Part shown: in pieces, positions 37,559 to 46,735 of the stretch
How positions within the stretch are numbered: the first letter of the stretch is position 1
How the letters are laid out: every line of letters starts with the position of its first letter
Assembly: GCA_017516345.1 (NCBI GenBank)
Contig: JAFXDC010000056.1
Coordinates: 13,813 to 77,812, forward strand
Length of the DNA stretch: 64,000 nt
DNA from: Clostridia bacterium
Lineage (GTDB): Bacteria > Bacillota > Clostridia > Christensenellales > QALW01
Direction: 5' to 3'
The notes under the pieces: generated by a model
Told to the model about the DNA's origin: nothing
The model's input: only the letters and a program-made list of their open reading frames with translations
Databases searched by the model: none
Program-made: the position numbers and the translations under genes

Positions 37559-39808
37559 CTAGCTCTGTCCGTGCATGACTATCTCGTTTATCACCGCTGT
37601 GGCGTCCAGGGCAAGCTCGCGTGCATACTCCTGCGACAGAGCGTTTGCATACACCTTGAGCACCGCCAAGGAATCATCGGGTATCACGGTCACTTTAAGA
37701 TCCTTTTCCCTTATCTTATTCATCACCCTACCCTTCATTCGGGTGGGGCATCTCGCAGCAGAAACAACGCTCAACGGCAGCTCCTCCAGATTCTCACTTA
37801 AATATCCTCTCTTGCCGCACAGAAGCTTCAATAGGCTTAAGCAAAAGCACGCAGCATCGGTGATGATGTCCCTTGCCACCACCTCGGTCTGTCTTGCCAC
37901 CTCCGATGCGGTATTCAACCTGCATTTTTGTACCGTGCCGTACTTTTTTATCACCTCAAGGCAAGCATCCGAGCAATCACACGGGATTACAGCCTCCTTG
38001 GCTCCCGCCTCAAGGCAGAGCCGCGCCCTGAGAGCTATAAACTGCTCGTAGCTCACCTTGCTTCCGTTCTGGTCGTATAAGCAATCCACCCCAAAGCGCT
38101 TGTTTACCCTTATGCCGAAAACACAGGCATTGTTCTTTATGGTGCTTTTAATGTCCTCCTTTGGAATGATCGCTACCCACCCAAGGTGAGAAAGCACCCT
38201 CGCAAGATGTCCCGCCGCTATCTCATCCCCAAGGATGGCAACCGATCTTCCTTGCGCGCGCACCCCGACATGGTCAAGCAAATGCATATAATATTCCTTA
38301 CGCAGATCCCTTTGAGACACGCTTCCTTCCGAGGCTATAAACTCCGAGGATATCATTTTTTTGCTTACACCTCCCATCTCCCGAGGCGAAAGCTCAAGCC
38401 CTTGAGCATCAAGCAGAATAAAGGAGATACCGTTTCTGTCCGAGCTTATATATATTCCTCCGTCCGCGCCACAATGCTTTACCGAAAACGATGTCTGCCC
38501 CATTCCGCCCTCGCCGCACATTATCGCGCTTCCTCCCGCCATGCTTATGCCTCCCGCAAGCACGTGCATAGCACCCAGCGCCATGCCCGATCCGTCAAAG
38601 CTAAGGGTTATCCGCTTTCCCTGACCGAATGCCCTTGCAAGCAGCATCATGCGCTCGGGCAAAAGCTCTCCGTAGTGAATATATCTCATATCCGCTGCAC
38701 CCGCGCGCCTTACGTTATGCGGAACAGTGCAGTCCCCCGTTACCCGTGTCTCGTCATCCACTACGGTGCCGCTCCACAGTCTGCATCCGCTCTCAAGCCG
38801 AGCAAATCTGCCCACCGTGCATCTGCTTGCAACCACACATCCCACTCCGATGCTCGCGCCGTGCAAAATGCGCACACCGTCACATATAACGCTGTGCATC
38901 ACCCTGCAGGCTTCCATGCTTACCCCTTTCCAAATAACGCTTCCCTCTACGCACGAGGAGCTTATGCTGCAGTCCTCTCCTATCACGGTATGACTGCCGA
39001 TCACGCTCTCGCCCTCTATAACCGTATTATCTCCGATATATACCGGTGGGATTATCCTTACGTTTTCGCCTATCTGCACGTTTTTTCCCATCCCGGGCTT
39101 GAAAATAGAGCACTTACCGTCCAGCATATCAAAATGAGCCTGTCTGTACTTGCCCTCATCCCCGATATCACACCAATATCCCTTGGCACGGCATGCGTAA
39201 AGCACCCCCTCCTCCAGCATTTTGGGGAAAATATCCATGGAAAAGTCCGACGGGCGATCCTTCGGTATGAACCTTAGCGCTGAGGGCTCCAGGATATATA
39301 TTCCCGCATTGCACCATCCGCTGTTTACCCCGCTCCACGGCGGCTTTTCGATATAGCCGGTGACCCTTCCGTCGGGGTCTGTGCAAACGCACCCGAAGGC
39401 GGTGGGGTCGTCCGCCTCGATCAGCACCATCGTGGCCTCTGCCCGCACCGATCGGTGAAGCCTTATCGCCTCGGTAAGGTCGATATCTGTAATGCAGTCC
39501 CCGCTTACCACCACAAAGGTCTCCCCTTCCCCCTCGGCGCATCCCCTTACGGCACCCGCGGTTCCAAGAGGCACCTCCTCCTTGACACAGCTTATCTTCA
39601 TAAACGGACAGCTTGACGCGTAATCGGCAATGGCATCGCACATATACATACCGCTTACCGTTGCCCTATCCACTCCGTTTTTGATAAGCATTTTAACCAC
39701 TCCGTCAAGCACCCTTTGCGTCATAAACTCAACCAGCGGCTTGGGCCTGTCCCCCGTCATAGGGCGCAATCTCTCCCCAAGCCCCCCTGCAAGAATTATC
39801 CCCTTCAT
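37559..39808 (-). CDS. Sugar-phosphate nucleotidyltransferase (NTP_transferase + left-handed beta-helix) fused to a phosphomannomutase-like domain
   Basis: ATG 39808 follows AAAGGAG (the track starts at GTG 39826). The N-terminus is MKGIILAGGLGERLRPMTGDRPKPLV. The middle shows hexapeptide-repeat character. The C-terminal 4-domain PMM/PGM-like region has degenerate catalytic motifs. Confidence 0.7.
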   Translation of the reverse strand: MKGIILAGGLGERLRPMTGDRPKPLVEFMTQRVLDGVVKMLIKNGVDRATVSGMYMCDAIADYASSCPFMKISCVKEEVPLGTAGAVRGCAEGEGETFVVVSGDCITDIDLTEAIRLHRSVRAEATMVLIEADDPTAFGCVCTDPDGRVTGYIEKPPWSGVNSGWCNAGIYILEPSALRFIPKDRPSDFSMDIFPKMLEEGVLYACRAKGYWCDIGDEGKYRQAHFDMLDGKCSIFKPGMGKNVQIGENVRIIPPVYIGDNTVIEGESVIGSHTVIGEDCSISSSCVEGSVIWKGVSMEACRVMHSVICDGVRILHGASIGVGCVVASRCTVGRFARLESGCRLWSGTVVDDETRVTGDCTVPHNVRRAGAADMRYIHYGELLPERMMLLARAFGQGKRITLSFDGSGMALGAMHVLAGGISMAGGSAIMCGEGGMGQTSFSVKHCGADGGIYISSDRNGISFILLDAQGLELSPREMGGVSKKMISSEFIASEGSVSQRDLRKEYYMHLLDHVGVRAQGRSVAILGDEIAAGHLARVLSHLGWVAIIPKEDIKSTIKNNACVFGIRVNKRFGVDCLYDQNGSKVSYEQFIALRARLCLEAGAKEAVIPCDCSDACLEVIKKYGTVQKCRLNTASEVARQTEVVARDIITDAACFCLSLLKLLCGKRGYLSENLEELPLSVVSAARCPTRMKGRVMNKIREKDLKVTVIPDDSLAVLKVYANALSQEYARELALDATAVINEIVMHGQS

Positions 39809-39962
39809 GTATGCTCCTTTCCGCACATAAAACTGAATTTTTGATCGTTTTATAAAGGTAGCATATACAAAATCTCCGCTTAATATGCATACTTCGCTTA
39901 AAATGAAGGCTTTTAAGGCTGTAACACGCAGGTTATGGCTTCAATTTTAAATAATTTGTTAA

Positions 39963-39977
39963 TATTTTCTGAATATT
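39963..39977. promoter_or_regulatory. CodY-box-like site upstream of the hslVU-codY promoter
   Basis: TATTTTCTGAATATT matches AATTTTCWGAAAATT at 13/15 positions. It lies 13 bp upstream of the -35 hexamer. Confidence 0.45.
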
Positions 39978-39989
39978 TTGATTATAGTG

Positions 39990-40017
39990 TTGAAAATCCT
40001 AAAATTTGTGATACAAT
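39990..40017 (+). promoter_or_regulatory. hslV-hslU-codY operon promoter
   Basis: TTGAAA, 16 nt, TGaTACAAT (extended -10). Confidence 0.55.
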
Positions 40018-40098
40018 ATATAAAACCCATCACAAGGCCAAGTCCTGAGTGCTTGGGCATAAAAGCAAAAATATTTCTTTTAAGAGAGGATGATGAAT

Positions 40099-40632
40099 AT
40101 GCAGCTTGAGGGTACCACTATAGTAGGTGTCATCAAGGATGGAAAATGTGCCGTTGCGGGCGACGGACAGGTGACCATGGGTCAAAGCGTAATAATGAAG
40201 GCAAGCGCAGTAAAGGTTCGCAGAATATATAACGATAAGGTGGTCATAGGCTTTGCCGGCTCGGTAGCCGACGCCTTTTCCTTAAGCGAGATGTTTGAGG
40301 GCAAGCTTCAGCAGTACTCGGGAAATCTCTATCGCGCGGCCGTGGAGCTTGCACAGATGTGGCGCGGAGACAAAATGCTTCGCAAGCTTGAGGCAATGAT
40401 GATAGTTGCCGATAAGACAGGCATGCTCGTGGTTACCGGCACGGGCGAGGTGATCGAGCCCGACGAGGGCGTGGTTGCCATAGGCTCGGGTGGAAACTAT
40501 GCCTTGGCGGCGGCAAGAGCCTTAAAGCGCAATACCGATATGACCGCAAGCCAGATCGCTCTTGAGGCCATGAAGGTGGCGGGCGAGATATGCGTCTTTA
40601 CAAACGATCACATAACCCTGCAAGAGGTATAA
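40099..40632 (+). CDS. hslV: ATP-dependent protease subunit HslV (ClpQ)
   Basis: ATG 40099 is 9 nt from the GAGAGG RBS. The track start at 40090 is too close to the RBS. The N-terminus is [26 protein letters not shown], with GSGG and the catalytic Thr preceded by a short propeptide. Confidence 0.9.
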   Translation: MQLEGTTIVGVIKDGKCAVAGDGQVTMGQSVIMKASAVKVRRIYNDKVVIGFAGSVADAFSLSEMFEGKLQQYSGNLYRAAVELAQMWRGDKMLRKLEAMMIVADKTGMLVVTGTGEVIEPDEGVVAIGSGGNYALAAARALKRNTDMTASQIALEAMKVAGEICVFTNDHITLQEV

Positions 40633-40659
40633 TTTTCTTATTTTTGAAAGGAGCAAATC

Positions 40660-41973
40660 ATGTTATCATTGACCCCTGCACAGATCGTAAGCGAGCTGGA
40701 CAGATTTATAATAGGCCAACAGGATGCAAAGCGTTCTGTTGCCGTGGCTCTGCGCAACCGTTATCGCAGAAGCATGCTCACTCAGGAGCAGCGTGACGAG
40801 ATCACACCTAAAAATATAATCATGAGCGGTCCTACCGGCGTAGGTAAGACCGAGATCGCAAGAAGGATCTCCAAAATCATCGGCGCCCCCTTCGTTAAGG
40901 TGGAGGCCACCAAGTTTACCGAGGTGGGCTACGTCGGCCGCGACGTGGACTCCATGGTGCGCGAGCTAGTGGAGGCATCCATCCGCCTTGTGCGCAAGGA
41001 AAAGACAGAGCAGATGCGCCAAAAGCTTGACCGCGCGGTACAAAATCGCCTTGTGGACATTCTTCTTCCCCTTCGCAAGCAAAAGGAGGGTGAGGATGCC
41101 GTGGCACGCAGAAACGCCGTTATAAACGACCTTGAAAGCGGCATTATTGAGGAACACGTCATAGAGATCGAGGTTCAGGATAAGCCCGTGGGCATGAATA
41201 CCGAGATACCGGGCCAGCCCGAAATGAATATGGGAGATCTGCTCGGCGGTCTTATGCCCAAGCGTACCAAAAAGCGCAAGGTACCTGTAAAGGAAGCCAG
41301 AAAGCTGCTCGAGCAGGAGGAGCTTGACCGTCTGCTTGACAACGATGCGGTGATCTCCGACGCACTTGAGCGCGCAGAGCAGGACGGCATCATCTTTATT
41401 GACGAGATAGACAAGATCGCCATGACCTCAAGTGGCTCAAACGGCCCCGCCGTATCCCGCGAGGGCGTACAGCGCGACATCCTTCCTCTGGTGGAGGGCT
41501 GCACCGTCAACACAAAGTACGGCCCGGTAAAGACCGACTATATCCTCTTTATCGCGGCAGGTGCCTTCCATCTTGCCAAGATAACCGACCTCATCCCCGA
41601 GCTTCAGGGAAGATTTCCGTTAAGGGTGGAGCTCTCTCCCCTTTCTGCTGAGGATCTTCGCAACATCCTTGCGGGCACGGACAATGCCCTCATAAAGCAA
41701 TATACTCAGCTTCTCGGAGTGGACAATATCAACCTTACCTTTACCGATGACGCTCTTGATCTGCTTGCAAGGTACGCCTTTGAGGAGAACGAGGTACACG
41801 AAAACATCGGTGCCCGTCGCCTTGTTTCGGTAATGGAAAAGCTGCTTGACGAGGTAAGCTTTACAGCGGGCGATCCTGACGCCCCCACCTGCATCACTGT
41901 GGATACCGACTACGTTCAGTCACATCTTGGACTGATGGGCAAGGATCATAATCTTTCTCAATACATCCTTTAG
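40660..41973 (+). CDS. hslU: ATP-dependent protease ATPase subunit HslU (ClpY)
   Basis: 437 aa, LTPAQIVSELDRFIIGQQDAKRSVAVALRNRYRR. Walker A GPTGVGKTE. Confidence 0.95.
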   Translation: MLSLTPAQIVSELDRFIIGQQDAKRSVAVALRNRYRRSMLTQEQRDEITPKNIIMSGPTGVGKTEIARRISKIIGAPFVKVEATKFTEVGYVGRDVDSMVRELVEASIRLVRKEKTEQMRQKLDRAVQNRLVDILLPLRKQKEGEDAVARRNAVINDLESGIIEEHVIEIEVQDKPVGMNTEIPGQPEMNMGDLLGGLMPKRTKKRKVPVKEARKLLEQEELDRLLDNDAVISDALERAEQDGIIFIDEIDKIAMTSSGSNGPAVSREGVQRDILPLVEGCTVNTKYGPVKTDYILFIAAGAFHLAKITDLIPELQGRFPLRVELSPLSAEDLRNILAGTDNALIKQYTQLLGVDNINLTFTDDALDLLARYAFEENEVHENIGARRLVSVMEKLLDEVSFTAGDPDAPTCITVDTDYVQSHLGLMGKDHNLSQYIL

Positions 41974-41983
41974 GCGGTGAAAT

Positions 41984-42751
41984 ATGACCAAAAAAACAAT
42001 GCTTCAGGCAATTACCGACATATGCTCATATTATGAGAATTTGAAAAGCGATATAACCCTTGAGGATATTGCCGCCATGGCGCGCGATCTGCTTGACGCC
42101 TCCATTTACGTGTTGGATGACTCTCTCACCCTTGTTGGCTACACTGTCTCAGGAAACGACGAATGCCGCCTTAATCATCGCGAAAGCGCCGCAAGAATAG
42201 CACGCAAGGTCCTTGGCTCAAGCGAGCTTAACGTCACCGTGGCAAGAAATGGCGAGTGCCCCTTCGGCGAGGGAAGCTGCTCCTTTGACGAAAGGCTTCA
42301 CGTTACCCTTCCCCTGATATATTCCTGCGATCATATAGGTACCCTCATCTGCACCAGAGACGGGAGCGAATACGACGATGCCTATATAGGGCTTTGCAAG
42401 ATGCTTGCCACCCTTTGCGCAATGGCATTGCATAATACCCTTAACCGCGACAAGGTGGATGAGGCACGCAGAAAAACAGGCGCAGCCCTTGCTCTGCAGA
42501 GTCTTTCCTATACCGAAAAACAAGCAGTCGATGCCATACTTGGCGCTCTGCCGCAGGTAGAGGCTCCGGGAATAACCGAGGGACTTATAAACGCCTCCAC
42601 CATCTCAAGCAAATACGGAATAACCCGTTCCGTGATAGCCTCTGCACTTAAAAAGCTTGAAGGCGCAGGGATAATCTCCATACGCTCTCTTGGAATGAAG
42701 GGAACTCACCTTACCGTACTTAACCCGGAAATATATACAGTTACCAAATAA
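41984..42751 (+). CDS. codY: GTP/BCAA-sensing pleiotropic repressor CodY
   Basis: 255 aa. The C-terminal wHTH ISSKYGITRSVIASALKKLEGAGIISIRSLGMKGTHLTVLN matches the CodY hallmark. The gene order hslV-hslU-codY is the conserved one. Confidence 0.9.
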   Translation: MTKKTMLQAITDICSYYENLKSDITLEDIAAMARDLLDASIYVLDDSLTLVGYTVSGNDECRLNHRESAARIARKVLGSSELNVTVARNGECPFGEGSCSFDERLHVTLPLIYSCDHIGTLICTRDGSEYDDAYIGLCKMLATLCAMALHNTLNRDKVDEARRKTGAALALQSLSYTEKQAVDAILGALPQVEAPGITEGLINASTISSKYGITRSVIASALKKLEGAGIISIRSLGMKGTHLTVLNPEIYTVTK

Positions 42752-42753
42752 AA

Positions 42754-42783
42754 GAAAGACTTGGGATCCCAAGTCTTTTTAAA
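42754..42783 (+). terminator. Terminator after codY
   Basis: AAGACTTGGGA-TCCCAAGTCTT followed by TTT. Confidence 0.75.
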
Positions 42784-42840
42784 TAAAATAACTTCGGTTA
42801 ATATATATTAAACAATAATACAACGCTATTCAGAGGAATT

Positions 42841-44802
42841 ATGAAGCTTTTTTTCGGTGACGAAACGGAATTGACCAACAACGCGCTTTTGCGCAAGGCC
42901 CCCGACCTGTTTTATATACTGTTGCTTATGTATATTTCCCATAGACTTTTGGGGCATCACATTATAGGTCTTGCCATAGGTCTTATGACCGCATCGTGGC
43001 AGCACGCCGCAATATACGCCATTGCAAAAGGAGTTATTTACAGAAGCAAAGAGGTTAAGGCCGCAAAAAACATCTTAACGGCTGTAGCCAGCGTCACGGG
43101 CGGCGCGGTGCTTCTTTGGCGCGAAAGGCTCATGCAACAGCCCGACAGTCTTGTTTTGATATTTTTGGCTTCTGTTATAATGTTCAAAAATATAATTTGT
43201 GTATTGATATCCACAAAAAAAGAGCACTCCAAGCTTTTGCTGACGGTTATTCACATGGTTTCCGGATCGCTGTTTGTTACCGTCTGCGCGGCTTTTGTCC
43301 GCACATCTGCGCTGAGCGCAATACTGTTTTATATCCCCATTGCCCTGTTTGAATACATTCGGGATATGAAGCATCAGCAAGCTCCTCTTGAAAATAATGA
43401 TGAAAATATATCCTCCATCTCAAGCTACAGACTGTTTTCTCAAATGTCGCTTTACGTGTCCATATCGTTTTATCTTTCCATCTTCACATATATTGGCTAC
43501 GTTTTAACGATAAATATAGATAATATTGATATCTATATCGGACTACTGCTTGGAATACTATTGGTTTCCCTGGTCTGCTTTGTATGCTATAGGGCTATCC
43601 GCACAATACCCGCACGTCAAAGTCTTCCAATGTTCATAGGCGGCACAGTGCTTTGGGGGCTATCCATATATAACCTTTTCAGGGTTTCCGAAATAACCGG
43701 ATTTGTGGTCTTCAGCGTCATGCTCGGCATAGGCGTCTGTTTTATGTACGTTGCCCTTTACAGACAAAATGAGGCGTTCAAGCAGGTCTCATGCATTATA
43801 GACCAAGATATAAGCACCGACCGTCTTATGCAAGCCACCGACATAACCCAAAGCCTTGGATTTATAATTTCCGCGCTTATTACCACCATCATCATTATTA
43901 TCCGCACCTGCTTTATATCTGATCAAACCGATTCCACAGTCTTTTCGGTATCCACACTTTTGCTCCCGTTTGTCTTCACCGTCTTGAGCATAATCATGTG
44001 TCTGAAGCAACCCCTTGACGCCTCAGCGCTTGATAAGCTTGAATCTGTCAAGCGCGGCGAACACGAGGATGAGATGAAGCAGTATCTGCATAATATACTG
44101 ATAAAGAAGTACCAAAAGCGCTACGGGGTACGTATTATAGCGTTTTTTATAAAGCCGTTTATTTATCATAAGGTTTACGGTAAAGAAAACGTTACAGGCA
44201 ACACTCTCCCCGCAGTTTTCGTTTGCAACCACGGAGAAATATACGGTCCCATAACCGCGGTGACCCATCTTCCGTATTATTTCAGACCCTGGACTCACGC
44301 AGATATGCTAAGCTACCAAAGCGCCAAGGAGCGTATATATAATGGTACAATAAAGCCTTTAAAAATACCCGAATTTCTAAAGAAACCAATTACATGCATA
44401 TTTGCACGCTTGAGCACATGGGCGTTAAATTCGTTTGACCCCGTGCCGGTATACCTTGAAAGCATCCGAACCGTATACAAAACCATGCAGGCATCCGTGC
44501 TTACCCTTGCGCAGGGCGATTCCCTGCTTATCTTCCCGGAAAATCCCGCAAGCGAGCAGGACGGAAAATACGTTACGGGGGGTGTAAGCACGCTTTATAC
44601 CGGCTTTGCCCAGCTTGGCATAGAATACTATAAGAAATACGGAAAAAGCATTACCTTTTATCCTGTTTACGCCTCAAAAGCAAAGCGCACCTTCCGCATA
44701 GGAAAGGGCATATCCTTTAACAGCGATAATAACCGTCACGACGAAAAGCTGCGCATTGCAAAAGAGCTTGAGCGCTCAATGAAGGAGCTGTCGTTGCTGT
44801 AA
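42841..44802 (+). CDS. Polytopic membrane domain fused to a PlsC-like (lysophospholipid) acyltransferase domain
   Basis: 653 aa. About 400 aa form a multi-TM region. This is followed by VFVCNHGEIYGP ... LLIFPENP, resembling acyltransferase blocks I and III. Confidence 0.6.
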   Translation: MKLFFGDETELTNNALLRKAPDLFYILLLMYISHRLLGHHIIGLAIGLMTASWQHAAIYAIAKGVIYRSKEVKAAKNILTAVASVTGGAVLLWRERLMQQPDSLVLIFLASVIMFKNIICVLISTKKEHSKLLLTVIHMVSGSLFVTVCAAFVRTSALSAILFYIPIALFEYIRDMKHQQAPLENNDENISSISSYRLFSQMSLYVSISFYLSIFTYIGYVLTINIDNIDIYIGLLLGILLVSLVCFVCYRAIRTIPARQSLPMFIGGTVLWGLSIYNLFRVSEITGFVVFSVMLGIGVCFMYVALYRQNEAFKQVSCIIDQDISTDRLMQATDITQSLGFIISALITTIIIIIRTCFISDQTDSTVFSVSTLLLPFVFTVLSIIMCLKQPLDASALDKLESVKRGEHEDEMKQYLHNILIKKYQKRYGVRIIAFFIKPFIYHKVYGKENVTGNTLPAVFVCNHGEIYGPITAVTHLPYYFRPWTHADMLSYQSAKERIYNGTIKPLKIPEFLKKPITCIFARLSTWALNSFDPVPVYLESIRTVYKTMQASVLTLAQGDSLLIFPENPASEQDGKYVTGGVSTLYTGFAQLGIEYYKKYGKSITFYPVYASKAKRTFRIGKGISFNSDNNRHDEKLRIAKELERSMKELSLL

Positions 44803-44822
44803 CGCCAAAACAAGCAGTTATA

Positions 44823-44858
44823 CAAAACGCGCAAGACACAGTCTTGCGCGTTTTTTTT
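44823..44858. terminator. Bidirectional terminator between convergent genes
   Basis: AAAACGCGCAAGAC-aca-GTCTTGCGCGTTTTTTTT. Confidence 0.8.
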
Positions 44859-46422
44859 ACAGCTTTTTTGTAAATTCCTTTATCTTATCTATCACCGACT
44901 GCTGCTTTGATCCGTCCAACGCCTTCCCAAGTATTCTCTGACGAAGTGCGGCAATGGCGGCATCAAGCCTTTGCTCAAAGCTGTCGGGGGCTTTTCTTAC
45001 CACCCTTTCTCTGCTTCCCTGCTCCGCGAGCTCACCACCGGGCAAAAGATAAGCATCCCCACTGTAGGGAGCATGGGCAATATATCCCATTTCCTTAAGC
45101 CTTGCGGTAAGGCTCTCCGCGCAAGCCTCGTCACCGTGGTTTACAAACACCGTGGGCTTTTTCTTGAAATTGCTCACCCACGCAATAAGTCCGTTCATGT
45201 CTGCGTGTCCGCTTATACCCTCCAGGGTAAATATTTTGGCGTTTACCGCTATCTCCTCCCCGAATATCCTTACGGTCTTGGCACCGTCAAGCAGTGCCCT
45301 TCCAAGGGTGCCCGCGCTTTGATATCCCACAAAAAGCACCGAGGAGTCACCTCTCCACAGATTATGCTTTAAATGATGTCTTATTCTGCCCGCAGTACAC
45401 ATTCCGCTTGAGGAGATTATGACCTTACATCCTCCCGTTTGATTGATGGCCTTGGATTCCTCTGCGGTCTGAGAGGTAACAAGCCCGTCAAATGCAATGG
45501 GGTTTATTCCCCTGCGAAGCAGCTGTGCAGTCTCCTCATCACAGCAGGCGATGGTATTTTGGTTGAAAACCTGAGTGGCCTTCACCGCCAAGGGACTGTC
45601 TACGTACACCTTAAAGGCATGCTCAACAAGCTTTTCCTGCTTTATCACCCTTAAAAAGTACAGAAGCTCCTGGGTTCTGCCCACCGCAAAGGAGGGTATC
45701 ACCACGTTGCCGCCGCGGGAAAAGGTATCGTTTAATATATCGGTAAGATTTTTGATGTAATCAGGCGCCTTAGGATGTGTACGGTCTCCGTATGTGGACT
45801 CCATTACAACAAAATCCGCACTGTCAATGGCTTCGGGATCGCGAAGTATGGGTTTATTGATATTTCCGATATCACCGGAAAAAACAATGGAGATATTCCT
45901 TCCCCTTTGACGCACATTCAGACGAATGCTGGCAGACCCGAGAAGATGCCCCGCATCAAAAAACTCTGCGGTAATGCCCTGTCTTATTTTTATGACCCTA
46001 TGGTATTCACACGGCACAAACAGCTTTAGCGTGTCCTCGGCATCCTGCATGCCGTAGATGGGCCTTACCTCCTCCCTGCCCGCGCGCGCCGCCTTTCTGT
46101 TTTTCCACTCAGCCTCGGACTCCTGAATGTGTGCCGAATCCCTGAGCATTATCCCGCAAAGCTCCGCAGTTCCCTTGCTTGCGTATATCTCGCCCTTAAA
46201 GCCATTCTTGACCAGAAGCGGAAGCCTTCCCGTATGGTCGATATGAGCGTGGGTAACAAATACGTAATCAATGCTCGCCGGATCAATATCAAGCTCCTCA
46301 TTGACGAAAATATCCTTGCCCTGCTCCATTCCGCAGTCAATTAAAATATTACAGTCCTCCATGCTCAGCAAGGTACAGCTTCCCGTCACCTCATGCGTTG
46401 CTCCGAAAAATTTCAGCTTCAC
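44857..46422 (-). CDS. MBL-fold beta-CASP family hydrolase (RNA-metabolising nuclease-like)
   Basis: 521 aa with a GTG start after GGGGTG. It has the HAHIDHTG motif and beta-CASP architecture, plus a C-terminal extension of about 60 aa. Confidence 0.75.
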   Translation of the reverse strand: MKLKFFGATHEVTGSCTLLSMEDCNILIDCGMEQGKDIFVNEELDIDPASIDYVFVTHAHIDHTGRLPLLVKNGFKGEIYASKGTAELCGIMLRDSAHIQESEAEWKNRKAARAGREEVRPIYGMQDAEDTLKLFVPCEYHRVIKIRQGITAEFFDAGHLLGSASIRLNVRQRGRNISIVFSGDIGNINKPILRDPEAIDSADFVVMESTYGDRTHPKAPDYIKNLTDILNDTFSRGGNVVIPSFAVGRTQELLYFLRVIKQEKLVEHAFKVYVDSPLAVKATQVFNQNTIACCDEETAQLLRRGINPIAFDGLVTSQTAEESKAINQTGGCKVIISSSGMCTAGRIRHHLKHNLWRGDSSVLFVGYQSAGTLGRALLDGAKTVRIFGEEIAVNAKIFTLEGISGHADMNGLIAWVSNFKKKPTVFVNHGDEACAESLTARLKEMGYIAHAPYSGDAYLLPGGELAEQGSRERVVRKAPDSFEQRLDAAIAALRQRILGKALDGSKQQSVIDKIKEFTKKL

Positions 46423-46448
46423 GTTATCACCCCTGATGTTTTTTTATT

Positions 46449-46477
46449 ATTATATCATATCCCAACAAGGATTTCAA
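46449..46477 (-). promoter_or_regulatory. Promoter of the MBL/beta-CASP gene
   Basis: Minus strand: TTGAAA, 17 nt, TATAAT. Confidence 0.55.
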
Positions 46478-46481
46478 GATG

Positions 46482-46517
46482 CAAAAAAACAAAGCCCAAG
46501 GCCTTGTTCTTTTTTAC
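46482..46517. terminator. Orphan hairpin terminator
   Basis: Minus strand: GAACAAGGCC-ttg-GGCTTTGTT followed by TTTTTGC. It lies about 150 nt beyond the pgi terminator. Confidence 0.5.
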
Positions 46518-46519
46518 TG

Positions 46520-46612
46520 TTAATCAAGATCATTAAAATATGTCCATCGAAAAGCTCCGATAAGGTCGATCCCGCCCCGATAAAAGGCTTGCAGAGTTGA
46601 TACCTCGGACAT
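46520..46612 (-). CDS. Candidate 30-aa small ORF (or small RNA) between two terminators
   Basis: Hand translation gives MSEVSTLQAFYRGGIDLIGAFRWTYFNDLD followed by a stop. There is a weak GGCGG RBS-like sequence 3 nt upstream. The stop is only a few nt before the 46482..46517 terminator. No convincing promoter was seen. Confidence 0.2.
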   Translation of the reverse strand: MSEVSTLQAFYRGGIDLIGAFRWTYFNDLD

Positions 46613-46661
46613 TTTCCGCCTTTGATCAAGTTGCAAATTAAGGAGATCATTAATTTATATA

Positions 46662-46718
46662 AATAACGAAAAAGCCCGCCTCCCCTTATGCCTAAAAGAC
46701 ATAACGCGAATGCGGGCT
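46662..46718 (-). terminator. Terminator after pgi
   Basis: Minus strand: AGCCCGC...GCGGGCT followed by TTTTCG (large loop with an inner hairpin). Confidence 0.55.
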
Positions 46719-46735
46719 GTATAATTCAGCTTTTA

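Noticed and set aside
38186-39277. 363-aa plus-strand ORF
   Set aside because: It is antisense to the nucleotidyltransferase fusion gene. Its Arg/His/Ser/Ala-rich composition is typical of a GC-rich reverse frame.
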